In this document: positions 45,727-58,993 of the stretch, piece after piece | How the letters are laid out: each line of letters starts with the position of its first letter | Numbering within the stretch: the stretch's first letter is position 1 | DNA from: Peribolospora baueri | Taxonomy: Eukaryota | Length of the DNA stretch: 64,000 bases | NCBI GenBank assembly: GCA_029717555.1 | Contig: JAMDHS010000039.1 | Span: forward strand, 1 to 64,000 | Reading direction: 5' to 3' | The notes under the pieces: model-generated | The model's database searches: none | Told to the model about the DNA's origin: nothing | The model's input: only the letters and a program-made list of their open reading frames with translations | Position numbers and translations under genes: made by a program

Positions 45727-48700
45727 ATGGTTAGCAAGCCGCAGGGCACGTCCGCGTCCGCCTTGGACGACGGCGACGGCGAGTGGCAGGAGATGCCGAT
45801 CGTGCGCTCCTCCTCTCCTTCCTTCGGCGACCCTTTTGACCCCACTTCCGACGACTTGGATGAGTCCGACTCGGATTCCGACGGCGTGGCCGCGCCCGGC
45901 GCCGGCCGGCGGAGGAGCTCGACGACCTACCGGAGGAAGATATTGGGGAGGAAGGGAACCGCCGGCTCTGCTGCTGGAGGCTATCGTCGCCCGTCTCTCG
46001 GTTCTGTTCCTATCCCTTCGTCTCCCGCTGGCCATGATAAGCCTAAGGGCGGCACCACGGGCGGTGGGCCAGGGGCGGGCAACGCGACGGGCGACCTTAT
46101 CGACTTCGACGATGAAGGACACGAGTGGAGGGAGAAGAAAACAGACTCGCTGGAGGAGGGCGCGTACACGAGGTTGAGGCTCGACGAGGACGTGGAGGAG
46201 GTGGAGATGGAGGAGAAGACGGATTACCTGTTTCGGAGGAAGAAGAAGGGTAGGAGGAGGTCTACCCCACCTTCGGCCGTCGACGGTGTGGCCGCCACGG
46301 GAGGAGTGCCAGCAGGGAAGGAGACAGGCGAGGGAGCGAACAGCGATTCGGACGGCGATTATGACGACGACGATGACGACGACCTCGCACCCACGCCAAT
46401 CAGCCAGATGCGTGCCACCAAGGACCTCCTCACCGAGGGCCAGCGCGTCGCCTACGTCGGCCTCTGCAAGCTCTGCGGAGACGAGATGGTACGCTCGCTC
46501 ATGCGCATCCGGCCCGCCAAGGACCTCGACCGAGCCATCGAGAGCGCCGAGACATGGGCCGTCAAGGTCATGGCCAGGCTGTATCAGCATATGGATATCG
46601 ACGGCTCTGGTGAGCGCTACTTTCATATGTCCTTCACTGTGGAAATCGATTTTGTTTTTGGCGATCGTGCTGAGATCTTTCCGGCCCGTCCTCCTTTGAA
46701 ACCGTTCGGCAGAGCAAAAGATGATTGAATCCCTCGCCGATCACGGTGTCCAGCCTGAGGACCTTTCGCCCTCTCTCGTCACCACACGCACGGTACCCAA
46801 CCCGAGTTTTGACCCCCAGGCGGCGCGCGAGAAGGAGGGGGAGGAAGCGAAGACGGAGATGAAGGCAGCAGAGGCGGACGCGCTCGTGGAGCCGCCAGAT
46901 GGGGACGTCCATCCGGAGACTGAAACGGAGACAGCGGGTGGCCGAACAGACGAGTACGCTGTTGGCGAAGGACAGGACGAGGAGAGTCGAACGGTGGACG
47001 GTGAGCGAGAGCAGTCGCATCGCGAACGACGGACTGGCTCCTCCGAAACCGCTGCGCAAGAGCTCACCGCCGAAGACCCTTCGACGCCTGCCTATGACGA
47101 CCTGGCCACTCCTCGCCGGTCGCCTTCCCTCCACGCTTCCCGAGCCCCCCCTGAAACACCAAAAGGCAAGGCTTCGGATGTGCCTAATGAGGCCGTGTCG
47201 ACCTCGCTCAACACGACCGACGAGAACCTGGACCTAGACATCCGATGGACGATCCTCTGCGACCTCTTCCTTGTCCTCACCGCCGACAGCGTCTACGACG
47301 CTCGCTCTCGCGTCCTCCTCGAGCGCGTTGCGGAGAGGCTGGACCTGACGTGGATGGACGTGGTCAAGTTTGAAAAGCGAGTTACGGACGCTTTGGAAAT
47401 CCAGGAAGGAATCGAGAGGATGTCCGACGAGGCCATCCTGCAGGCTCGCAAGAAGGCGGGCAGAAACAAGCGCTTTGTCATGATGGGCCTCGCCACTGTC
47501 GGTGGAGGCCTCGTCATCGGCCTCAGCGCTGGCTTGCTCGCGCCCGTCATTGGAGCAGGTTTGGCAGCGGCGGCGGGCGGGATGGGCATCGCTGGCACGA
47601 GCGCCTTCTTCGGTGGCGTCGGTGGCGCGGCGGTCATCACCAGCACCGGTGCGCTGACCGGTTCGGGCCTTGCGGCCAAAGGCATGATGAGGAGGACAAG
47701 GTACGTCAAGACGTTCGAGTACAAGCCCCTTCACAACAACAAGAGGGTGAATTGCATCGGTGAGTCGGATCCATCCATCCCGCCAAGCCTTTTTGTTTCG
47801 CCACGCTCTTGGGATGACTGAATGTGTGCTGCATTGGCGGACATCGGGCAGTCACGATGGGAGGGTGAGTGAGCGATGCTTTTTTTTCTTCTTCATCCTA
47901 CGTCTTGCTCTCCTCTCCACCTGCGCCACGCTCACTCTCACTCGTCCTTCCTCGCCCTAGCTTCCTTGCCGGCAAGTTGGACGACCCACGGCTACCATAT
48001 AGCGTCATCGACCCTCTTTTGGGCGACGTCTTCTCCGTCCTCTGGGAGCCGGACATGATGCGCGAGATGGGAAACGCCATGGGTATCCTTTGGTCCGAGA
48101 CGCTTTCTCAGGTCGGGCAGCAAGTGCTCCAGGCGACGGTCATGACGGGTCTGATGAGGTGAGCGAACCTTGCGGGTCGGGACAGACTTTTGTGGATGCA
48201 GTTGAAACATATCGTTCACCTTCCTAATCGCGCCTTCTGGCAGTGCGCTGGCGTGGCCCCTCGTCCTCACCAAGCTCAGTTACCTGATCGACAATCCTTG
48301 GTCCAACGCGCTCGACCGCGCCAAGGCAGCCGGTCTCGTCCTGGCCGACACGCTGATGCGCCGCCACCTCGGCGTGCGACCCATCACCCTCGTCGGCTTC
48401 TCCCTCGGCGCCCGTGCCATCTTTTACGCCTTGTGCGAGCTCGAGAGGCACAAGGCTTTCGGTATCATTCAAAACGTCTATCTGATGGGCGCTGCCGTCA
48501 CCGCCAATACCAAGACTTGGAGACAAGCGAGGAGTGTCGTCGCTGGGCGGTTCGTCAATGTGAGCTATTGCAGAGACGCTCTGATCTGATCCTCTCTCGC
48601 TCCGGCCTCGTACTGATTGGCTTCTTCGTCGTCCCTTCAGTGCTATGCCCGGAACGATTGGATTCTCGGTTACCTTTACGTGAGTCGCTGTCCGCCACCC

Positions 48701-50329
48701 GCCAGTCGAACGGCCACGGGACTGACACCTAGACGTTTGTTTCCCTTTCAGCGTGCCACGAGCGGCGGCTTCGCAACCGTCGCTGGCCTGCGCCCCGTCG
48801 AACTGGTGCCGGACATCGAGAACGTCGACATCACGGATCTTGTACCGGGACATCTGGCTTATCGTTCCTGCACGCCATCCATCCTAGAAAAGGTCGGCTT
48901 TCGAGTCACGGCGGACTACTTTGACGAACCGGAAGACCTGGTCAAGATGCCGGAACGGGAGGTCGTCCGACCCGGCGAAGAGGAGGTGATGGCCGTTCCG
49001 GAGAAGAAGGGCATCTTTTCCATCTTTCGCAAGAAGAAGAAGGGAACCCTGCCACCAGCGGCGGCGGCGGCGGCGGCGGCGCCGACTTCGTCAGATCGTC
49101 CAGGGAGCGGTTCGAGTTTTCGCGAGAACTCGGTTTCGTCCGATCCAAAGGCCTCTGGAGGGTTCGAGGAGTATGACGAGGACGAGGATGATCTTCCTCC
49201 TCGGCTTGAGCTGGCTCCCAAGCAGGTTCCGACTGCGCCCGCACCGCCCGCGCCATCCGACAAGGTGGCCTCGCCTACGTCTCTTCCCACTGACAAGCTC
49301 TCGTCACCGCGGACTACATCTGGCACCAGCCCGAGCCCGAGCCTCGGCGACAGCCGCAGCAACTCGGCACTGCCGCCGACGGTGCACTTCGATACGGACG
49401 CCATGCTGGAGGAGATCAGGAAGGCCGGCATCGAGGTTAAGGAGCTCGAGAGCTCCTTGCCGCCGCTGGTGGCGAGCGCCGCTCCTCACGCCCCTAGCTC
49501 CGATTCGTCTCCTCCGCCTGCTTCTACGTCCGCTGCTCCTCAGTCGACATCGAGTTCTTTGGAAGCCACCATCTCGGCGTCGCCCTCGCCATCTCCGCAC
49601 GGAAAGCGTGTCCCTGAGCTCAGTTCGCGCTCGATGTCGTATGATGCCAACCCTGGAGCTGCCCACACGCCTATCACGGCCGAGAATGCGTGGGTCGCGC
49701 CCTCCGGCTCGTCCGCCTCCACGTCCTTCGCTCCTCTGTCGGGCGTGTCATCACCACTCGCCCCTGCCACCTTCTCAGCTTGGGGCCCAACGCCAGACTT
49801 TTCTGCTTCCTCTTCAGACTTGTCTGGGCCATCCCTTTCCGCCGGGTTCGGCACCACGCTCGCCTTCGGAACAAGCGACGGAGACATCGATCAGGTCGCC
49901 TCCGTCGCCGCCACCCCGCCGTCCTATACATCGTCCTATCTGCCCGCGCCTTCCTTCGCGAGTAGTCCTCTCAAGCTGTCCACCAATTTCTCAATAGACG
50001 GAAGATCATCTAGCATGTCTTCCGCCGTCGCCTCGCCACCTGCGCTGACATTCGGAGGCACCGACGGCAGTTTGACGTGGGCTGACCAAAACGGCCCAGT
50101 CCCTGAGTCTGATTCTTCCTCTGCACCTGGCGGGGAGGACGCGTTCGGCGGATGGCCTGGCAGAACGCTTAACATGCCCTCTCTCTCCGTGCGACGGGTC
50201 CACGCGAAAAGCTCCGTGACGAATCTGTCATCGGGCGGCAAGGACAGCCAGGTGTCCAATCAAACCGGGAACAAGACCTTGGAGCCGGCGGACGATTGGG
50301 GTGGTATCGCGGCCAACCCGTGGTCTTGA
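45727..50329 (+). CDS. DUF726/TMCO4/Mil1-like membrane protein with an alpha/beta-hydrolase motif, multi-exon
   Basis: LLTEGQRVAYVGLC; LDIRWTILCDLFLVLTADSVYDARSRVLL; Gly-rich TM segment GLATVGGGLVIGLSAGLLAP; YLIDNPWSNALDRA; RPITLVGFSLGARAI (GxSxG). Confidence 0.9.
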
Positions 50330-50807
50330 GCCGTTCCATTTCCTCTCTTTTCCCACTATCTCGCCCATGGCCCCATACTCTATATCCTTCTCTTCATTTT
50401 CTCCCATCATCGCATGTACACTGTACGCTTCCGTTTCGATTTGCATTGAGAGCGGGCGCGGAAGGAGAGCATTTCAAACGTTTCCACCCTGATTCACGCC
50501 GGATCTTGTCCTAGATGGCGCCCAGGCGAGCACCTGACCGAATGAGGCAGTTGATCCGTGCACACGCTCTTCACGTGGCCTGACAAACCCAGTGCCGACG
50601 AACGTAAACGCTGCGAGAGCTCGCCGCCGCTCACGCAGCCGGCGGCGTCCTCCTCACTCGTTCCAACGCTTCAGCCGATGACCGTCACGGGCATAGCTGC
50701 CCCTTCCGACACTGCGTGAGGCAAGGTCATACATAGCTTTCGCATCCAACAACAGCAAAGCCTCGCCCCCCCTCCCCCCCCCGGTCTCCGCTGATGTGCT
50801 CATCACC

Positions 50808-51980
50808 ATGCTCCCCGCCCTGCCACCGGAGATCATCGACCGCGTCCTGGTCTTTGCTTCCTTTTGTCAAAGCACCGCCACGGTACTGTGCCTGCTCAGT
50901 CGTGAGATCCGGCCACGGGCCGAGGCGCGACTGTACCGGTGCGTCCGCGTGAGGGAGATGGAGTCGGCCAGCCGGCTTCTGCAGACGTTGTGCGCCAGGC
51001 CCGAGCTCGTCCAACACGTCGAGGCCATCTCTGCTTGGAGGCGTGTAAGGAAGCCGGGATTGCTGTGTCGAGAGATGGTGTCCACGAGGGTCCGGTTGGT
51101 GTTTGATGAGCAGAGGCAGGAGTACACGGTGCGCAGCGAGGAACATTTTGATGACCTCCTCACCTCCATCGTGCTCCTGTGCAGGGAGAAACAGGCGCAG
51201 TTTGAGCACCTCCCCGGCGCGAGGCATCTCTCCAGGTTGAGCGTCAGCTGGGCCCGAGCCTCCGCGGTGCGGATGCATGAGGAGCATCTGGAAGAGCTGA
51301 CATACATATGGAGGCGGCTCGATTGGTCACTCGTGAACGAAGGAAGGGTGTATCACGCCCTGCGTCGTGCCAACATCGTCGGCGCCCCGCTCCGGGAATA
51401 TCAAGAAGGCATGAGACTGCCAAGCCCGGACGAGGACGAGGAAGCGCAGGGGCGAGGGATGGCAATGTCAAAGTGGCCGTGCCTCGAGCACCTCGTCTTC
51501 ACCCATCCCCTCTTTGCCCAGGGCAAACTGTTGACCAGCAAAGAGGTGATGGACTTTGCCGTCGACTTCCTCGCAGGAGTCGTGCGAAGTACGCCCTTTC
51601 TCCGTACGCTCACGCTTGCTTTCGCCAGGCCGGCCGAAGGGGCGCCTAGGTTCCCTCTGCGGACGTTGGTGAGGCTACTTGACTTGGTGTGGGTACGCGC
51701 TCGGCATGGGCGCGAGGGTAGGGGCGAAGACCGAGGGGAAGAAGGAGGAAGAGAAGGGGAAGGAGAGGAAGGGAAGGAGGGAAATTGGCCACTGGAGACA
51801 AGAGTCGTCCAGCTTCCCTGCACCCAGGATGGGCTGATCGACTGGCTCAGCGACGACGCGCACGCGCGGCAGGTCTGGGACATGGAACCGATGCGGCCGG
51901 AGAAAGAGGAAGAAGAAGAAGAGGAGGAGGAGGAGGAGGAGGAGGAGGCGTTCTTGGCTTGGGCGCATCGAAACAGGTGA
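50808..51980 (+). CDS. F-box-like hypothetical protein
   Basis: Intronless ORF starting MLPALPPEIIDRVL...LCLLSR...ARLY, an F-box-like N-terminus; poly-Glu near the C-terminus. Confidence 0.6.
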   Translation: MLPALPPEIIDRVLVFASFCQSTATVLCLLSREIRPRAEARLYRCVRVREMESASRLLQTLCARPELVQHVEAISAWRRVRKPGLLCREMVSTRVRLVFDEQRQEYTVRSEEHFDDLLTSIVLLCREKQAQFEHLPGARHLSRLSVSWARASAVRMHEEHLEELTYIWRRLDWSLVNEGRVYHALRRANIVGAPLREYQEGMRLPSPDEDEEAQGRGMAMSKWPCLEHLVFTHPLFAQGKLLTSKEVMDFAVDFLAGVVRSTPFLRTLTLAFARPAEGAPRFPLRTLVRLLDLVWVRARHGREGRGEDRGEEGGREGEGEEGKEGNWPLETRVVQLPCTQDGLIDWLSDDAHARQVWDMEPMRPEKEEEEEEEEEEEEEEAFLAWAHRNR

Positions 51981-52215
51981 GGCAGTGGACGGGAGATGGG
52001 GACGGCCGTTGTGGTCTGTATTCGTGTTTTGAACATCCCGCAATCCCATCACGCGGTGGACGAGCCAGCAGAGCGCCCGGCCCACTCCATTCGCTCGTCG
52101 CGGAAACCGTCACCGCTTGCCATTCCATTCCGTCCTCAAGCCCAGATGGTGGCACACCCTTTGCTCTGCCGAGCGCCTGTTTCTTCCCCCACTATGTGCC
52201 CTGACACGGCCGGCC

Positions 52216-54333
52216 TCAGCCCGTCCACAAGCACATCTTGGCGTCGTAAAATGAGCAGCTCGCCACCATCGTCCTAGCCACAGATCTCTCCTTCTCTTCA
52301 AAGACCTGCGATGCTGCTCCCCTCTCCCAATCGCATCCATATGCCAGGCTCTCATGTCCATCGAACCTGCTCTCCCACACTCCCTCCTCCATCCACCGCT
52401 CCCCCTCGAACCGCAACACCTTGAACCCATCATGCATGCAGGCGGTCAGGAGACGGGTTGGATCGGATGGGTGCCATTTCACTCGCCAGCAGCCTCCTCC
52501 TATGGGCGTGCGCGAGAGGGGACGATGAGGAGAGCGCGCGTCAAAGAGGCACACTGTCGCGTCGTAGCTGATGTGAGAGTTGAAGATGGGAATGCGAAGG
52601 AAAAGACGACGAGGTGGACCAAGCAGATGAAAGGGGACGGGAGTGACGTTGGGATGTGAGTCCGAGCCAGGGAAGTGTCGGCCCGCCCGCCGTCCATGCT
52701 ACGATCGGGAGGGCGAACGGGATGCCAGTAAGAGCGGTCGCCGGGCTGGATTGGGCTCGACTCACCTCCCAACAGCAAATACGTGTTCTCGCAGATGGTG
52801 AGATTGGATGGCCGTCACACCCGCCTCGAAGCTGTGGAGGTAGCGATGAAAAAAGTCCACACGAGGTCGGTCATTGCCCACTTGGAACGCCACGCATGCG
52901 ATCCGACCCGATCCTACCACTCACGTCCGTTTGTTCTCAAACGTCGGCGTCCGACGATCCGTGCGCATGTCCCAACCCTTGAGCCTGCAGTCGTCTCCGC
53001 CTGGTGCGGCAACGAAGCGGATTGGGGCAGGTACGCGGGAGGAAGGAGGCAAGATCGAGAGAGTGTGGAGAGGGAGGGGAGGATTCGTGAAGACAAGAAA
53101 GGATGAATGACATCCCCCCGTTATCAGCGCAAGATCTTTCAAGACGGCCTGCGCCCGTCTCTCTCCTCCGACCTCTGCTCTAGCCCGCATCGCTTCCCGA
53201 CTCACCAGACCAAGCAACCCTTCCATAGCTCCATCGGTCCCACGCGACGATCCACGGCTCAAAGTCGTGCGCATTCCAGGTCTCCATACCTTGCGGTCTG
53301 CCTCGCCATCGCCTCCGTCTCGCGTGCTCGTGCGTTTCGGGATCGGAGACTTCTCCGTCGGAGGAGGAATCGTACATATGTCGGTCGTCGAGGATCGAAG
53401 TAGGCATCACCGTCCGCCTCTCTGTCCGAGAGGCAGGAACTTCCCTCATGGTTGCATCGTCATCCTCGTAGTCGTCGTCATCGCCGCCTCGGGAGGATGA
53501 AGAAGAATGGAGAGAGGCGAGCGCGACTTCCAAATCTGGCACGTACGCCAGCGTCCCATCACTCTGGCTGACAATAAGGCTCTGGAGCGCGGCGGAAGAA
53601 TGCGTGCCCGAACTGTCTCCAGCGTCCGAGGTGGCGGAGGGGTCGGACTGGGACCAGTCGAGGCTTAGACAGAGGGAACGTGTGGTGTTGAGGCGAAAAG
53701 TGGCAGGACTTGTTAGCGATGGGGATGGAGCGGGACCTCCCTCCGGTACCTGCAAGGCGGATGGGCCGGCAGGGAGAGAGAGCGTGTGGATCGAGACGCA
53801 GCCGGTCGCGTCTGCTATTGCTAGAAGGGAGGTTGGGCTCGAAGGTGAAGTGAAGCTAGAGCTCAGTCGGAATGGAGAGGACCATTTCATGTCGAGAATC
53901 GCGGGCGTGGATAAGGAGGTTATCTGGGTGCTGTAAAAGGTGAGCGGGATAGGAAGAGTGAGTGAAGTGAGCGAGCATGGACAGGAACGGTGGACTCACG
54001 CCTGGAGCTGGCCATCGCCGGCCTGGGTCGCCCGATAGATGGCGCATCGTCCGAGACGAGTATAAGCCTTGTCCTTGCTCTCCTGCTCTTCGAAATTCTC
54101 GTCTTCATCGCCCCCCTGGCCCTGTCGTTGCTCGTTCTTCCGATCCTCTTGTGTGATCTGATAAGTGCCCAGAGCCCAGACGCTGGGCAGCTGGGGGTGG
54201 AACTCGATCGAGTCGGCTGATTGGCCGGTGGAAGTGGACCACAGGTTCGGAGCTTTGAAAGGAAGGTGGAAGGCGTAAGAGGAGGACGATGGGCTGGAAG
54301 TCGCCTCCAGCTTGGCTCACCTGTCCTGACCAT
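52216..54333 (-). CDS. DPH7: Dph7/Rrt2 WD40 diphthine methylesterase (diphthamide biosynthesis), multi-exon
   Basis: ADSIEFHP...GTYQ; LCLSLDWS; AHDFEPWIVAWD; GGDDCRLKGWDMR; GGGCWRVKWHP; ACMHDGFKV; HESLAYGCDW; ASCSFYD. Confidence 0.9.
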
Positions 54334-54442
54334 TTCTTTCTTCTCTTAGGCGTCCGTCCCCTCCTCTCGCATATTCTCGTCCTTATCCCAGCCGAGTCTG
54401 CGTCGCCTTCCTCGCACGGTCCTCCCGTTCGCTCCGTCCCAG

Positions 54443-54477
54443 CACGTGCGTCAAAAACGCATACATGGTCACGTGAC
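54443..54477. promoter_or_regulatory. Paired E-boxes (CACGTG and GTCACGTGAC, Cbf1-type) in the DPH7/MTHFR bidirectional promoter
   Basis: CACGTG at 54443-54448; GTCACGTGAC at 54468-54477. Confidence 0.55.
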
Positions 54478-54876
54478 TCTACAGAACGTGCTCGACGCGG
54501 CAGTTTTTGGGCTCTCCACAGTCAGGCGGTCTATCTGAACGGGCGCGCTGGAGTGAGAAACAGAAAGAGAAGAAGCGGTGCCGGTCTCGGAGGAGATGAA
54601 GAATATGTTGGGAATAGGACAAAGGAGGACAAAAGAGGAGACAAAGGGGCGAAACGTGTGGTGGCAACGCCGCGGTGCGCCGGAGATATGCGGCGATGAT
54701 CAAGGCTGGGCCCGCGAGGCGAGGCGGCGTCGAGAAGAATAATAGATCGAATACGCCGTGGTCGGTCGCCCCTCTCTCTCATAGTCTACCGCATCTCTAC
54801 CTCCATCCTTCCTTCCCTGTTCGGTCGAGGTGGACACATACCGGAGGGAGGACTTCTTCTTCCTTTCCTCGCCATC

Positions 54877-57800
54877 ATGGTCAAGGTGAGCAGCTAGCCC
54901 TCATCCTCGCCCAGACGCGAACGTCGGTCTACCTCCCCCTTCTGCCCTCTCTGACCCGCTTCTCGTCCTTGTTTCCCACACCACCTCGACAGATCACCGA
55001 AAAGATCGCTCGTGCTGAGCGAGAGGACAGGACCTGGTGGTCCTTCGAGTTCTTCCCTCCTAGGGTCTGTCTCTTCTTCCTCTTGTATACTTGCTCCTGC
55101 TCCAGCTCCGGCTCAGGCTCAGGCTCAGGCTCAGGGTGTGGCTGCCGAGGCTCATTTCATGCTCCGCGTACTCATACCATGTGCCATTCGTCCCTCTACG
55201 CCCCCTGCACTGCCGCCGGTTCAGACGGCTCAAGTGAGTGCTAGTCTTGGAGACCAAAAAGGATATCCGGTCTATAGAAGGTTTCCGCTCACGTCACCCC
55301 TCTCCTTTGACTACATCTCGCTAAGGGCCTTGCCAACCTGTACGACCGCATCGAGCGCATGGCCGGCTATGGACCAGAGTTTGTAGACATCACTTGGAAC
55401 GCAGGAGGTGAGTCCGAGGACATGGCGTTCGAGATCATGGACGACATTTTCAAATCCCCGTCGCTGAGCGCAAATACTGCCCTCCGCCTCCAGGCCGCAC
55501 GTCGGACCTCACGTCGCAACTGGTCAAGACGGTACACACTTATATGGGACTCGAGACTTGCATGCATCTCACTTGCACCAATATGCCCCGCGAAAAGGTG
55601 GACACCGCGCTCAAGGTGAGTGTTCGGATCGGTGTCGCTCACATGGAACGTGTCCGTCCCGCCTCCGATCGCGAGCCGTCTATCTCAACACTCGCATCTC
55701 TTGTCTCCGACACCACCAGGAAGCGAAACAATTTGGCTGCAAGAACATCCTCGCCCTCCGTGGCGATCCTCCGCAAGGCCAAAACGAATGGGAAGCTTGC
55801 GCTGGCGGTTTTACCTACGCGGCTGACTTGGTGCGCTACATCCGCGAGCAATACGGAGACTACTTCGCCATCGCCGTCGCCGGTTTCCCCGAGGGACATA
55901 TAGAGGCGCACGAGGGACGCGACGTGGAGCTTCACTATCTCAAGGAGAAGATCGAAGCTGGCGCCGATTTTATCTTCACGCAGATGTTCTACGACTTCGA
56001 CATTTTCGCCCAGTGGGTCAAGGACGTCCGGAACGCGGGCATCACCGTGCCCATCGTGCCTGGCATCATGCCCATCCAGACCTACGGAGGCTTTACTCGC
56101 GCCATCGCCCGCTTCCGCACCCGCGTTCCCGCCTATTTCCACGAGACCCTCGACCCGGTCAAGGAGGACGACGTTCAGGTCAGGGCAGTGGGCACGCGTC
56201 TCGTCGCCGATCTCTGCCGCAGGATAGTGGGCACCAAGGAGCTCGGCATTCGCGGATTGCACGTCTATACCATGAACCTTGAGAGGGGTACCAAGATGCT
56301 TCTCGACGAGCTCCAGCTCGTCCCTCCCGTGGAAAATTTGAGCCCTCTGCCTTGGAGGCCGGTGAGTCGGCCGTCGCCTTCGGCTTCTCTCCGCTGCTCC
56401 ACGATCCCGTTGCCGCGGTTGTGCTAGCAAGCTGATGACATCTGTCTGACCCCGACTCGTCTCCGGTCTTGCGGTCACTTGCTCCCTTCCTTCCCGTTTG
56501 CCCTGCATAGTCCCTCACGCCCAAGCGCCGCGAAGAGAGCACCCGTCCTATCTTCTGGGCCAACGTAAGTTCTTCTCTATTCTCGTTTGCCATCGTCGCT
56601 ATCTACGTCTACCTACTCACGCCCTTCTCGCCCGTGCTTGCCGGTCCCTCCCGTCATGCCACAGCGAACGAAGAGCTATATTTCCCGCACGGAGACGTGG
56701 GACGAGTTCCCGAACGGGCGTTGGGGCGACGCTCGCTCGCCCGCCTTTGGCGATTACCAAGCTTACGGCGTCAGTCTGAAGTACGAGGTGAGTCTGTCCG
56801 TTTGGCCGTCCTTCTTGCTTTGAGTAGGCGTCGAGAAGAAGATGAAGTGACTTGTCCACCGCTCTCCCCATCCCCCCATTTTCCTGTCCGCCAACAGAAA
56901 GAGGCCGCAATCGGCCTATGGGGCCACCCGACCCGGCTCTCCGACGTCTCTTCCCTCTTCCGTGATTTCTGTCTCGGTAAAGTCAAAGCCCTCCCTTGGT
57001 CCGATTCGCCGGCCGCGAAGGAGACGCGTGTTATCGATCGACAGCTGGCGAAGATGAACGAGCTGGGCTACCTCACCATCAATTCGCAGCCCGCTGTCGA
57101 CGGAGCCAGGAGCGAAGATAAAGTGCACGGGTGGGGTCCCAAGGGTGGATACGTCTATCAGAAGGTGAGCGGGACGGGCGATGAGCGGGACGGGCGGTGA
57201 GATGGCTGCGGAGCATCTCCGCTGACGCCGCCTTTCATCTTTCCTTGCCGTATCCCCGCAGTCCTACCTTGAGTTCTTTGTCTCCCCCACCCAGCTTGAC
57301 GAGCTCATTCCCCGCATCGAAGCCGACTCCAACGTGACCTACTACGCCGTCAACTGCCAGGGCGATCTGCGCACCAACACCAAGTCCGAAGGCCCCAACG
57401 CTGTCACGTGGGGCGTGTTCCCAGGCAAGGAGATCGTCCAGCCGACGATCGTGGAGGCGATCAGCTTCATGGCTTGGAAGGTGCGTCTCGTCGTTGTCCA
57501 TTGCTTCGTGTGGAGTCTGTAGGGTCGTTGCTCGAGTGCTCATCCTTGCGCACTCGCTTCTTTTTGCAGGACGAGGCCTACGAACTTGGCCGCCAATGGG
57601 CGGCGATGTACGACGCTGACACGCCGAGCCATGCCTTCCTCACCTCCCTATTCGACACGTTCTACCTTGTCAACGTCGTCCACAACGATTTTCGTGATAC
57701 CAACGCCATCTTCACGCCCTTCTTGCATGGTCACACCGTCGACCTTGCCTCTCCGGAGAAAGAGGAGGAGGGCGCGGCGGGAAAGATCGCGAATGGTCTC

Positions 57801-57884
57801 GTTGGAGGCGTCGCTGCCGCTGCCCAGGGCATCAAGGACGTCGCGCTCAACGTTGGAGGTGGAGCCGATGTCAACAAGAACTGA
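54877..57884 (+). CDS. MET13: Methylenetetrahydrofolate reductase (Met13-type), multi-exon
   Basis: [88 protein letters not shown]. Confidence 0.95.
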
Positions 57885-58768
57885 TCGGAAGCGTAAGCCC
57901 ATCCGGCAGACGGTCGGAGCCTCACCGGGCTTCGTTCTGTTTGGCCTAGGTGGCGCTCCCCTGCACGTCGCCGTGCCTCTTGCTTCTCCTCGGTCTGCTT
58001 GTCCTCCACAGACTTTGACATTCTCTCACATCCTTCAATTCTCTTCCTCCCCCTAACCTGGGGGAAGCGTATGCCCGCTTTCTTCTCCGCTCTTTTTCCT
58101 CTTCCGGTTCGCCTTGTCTTCCGTCGTGTCGCCTGTCACCCTTTACCGAGACTCGGGCTCTCCCTCTTCCTTTTGACCTGCTTGCTCCTCCTTCCCTCCC
58201 TTTCTCCTGCCCTTTTCTCGCCTGCTTCCTCCCAGGAGCGGACGAAAATAGGACGTTGGGAAGACGGAGAGAAAGGAGGGGGCGAGGAAGGAAGGAAGAA
58301 AAAGGGAGCGCATTCCCGCGGTCCGGTTGTAGCATCAACTGCTGCATTATTTCCTCTGCCTCGGCTGTCCTGTCTTCATTGTCGCATCAGCGTTTTTGTC
58401 CGACCCGTTCTCCGTCCCTCCATTTCATTTCTCCCTTTGACCTTTTGGTCCTTCTTCCCGTCCCTTCTTGCTCGCCTTCTCGACCCGGCTCGAGCCTCTT
58501 CTTGTCCCCCCTGACTTGGTTCCGGATCTTCCCCGCCACCTCCCTACCTACCCTCTTGTTCTTGCCCCATCCGCTTCGCCCGCCCGCCTGGTCATTTCCG
58601 TGAGCCCACTGATCAATCCCGCATGTATTCTATCGCATTCGCAGCTTCAACAGCAGCATCCCCCCTTCATCTTGTCCGTCCCTCATCGTACCCCGCGCCC
58701 CCACACCTAGTTAGTCCGTACCCTGCCACCACCTTTCCTCCATCTCCGCCACCACCCTTCTCGTATGT

Positions 58769-58993
58769 GTGATGAATACATGTGGTGAAAACATTCTCGT
58801 CTTGCGTGTGTGGTGGTGCATGGCGGGTGTGGAGATAGAAAGCCGTCTCCTCAACCTCTCCACTTCCGCGCGTCCATAACCGCCATCAGCGTGCAAGCGG
58901 TCGAGTTGGGGGGCGTGCGCAAAAGATCCCCAAGCGAGGGCGGCTCGGAGCGCGAAGAGGGGGAGAAAACTTGCAGCTCGCTGAGCCACGAGG
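58769..58993 (+). ncRNA. Candidate structured ncRNA (possibly box C/D-like) with a ~31-bp imperfect hairpin at 58801-58897
   Basis: G-U-containing hairpin; GTGATGA at 58769-58775; CTGA at 58981-58984; lies between convergent genes with no credible ORF. Confidence 0.35.
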
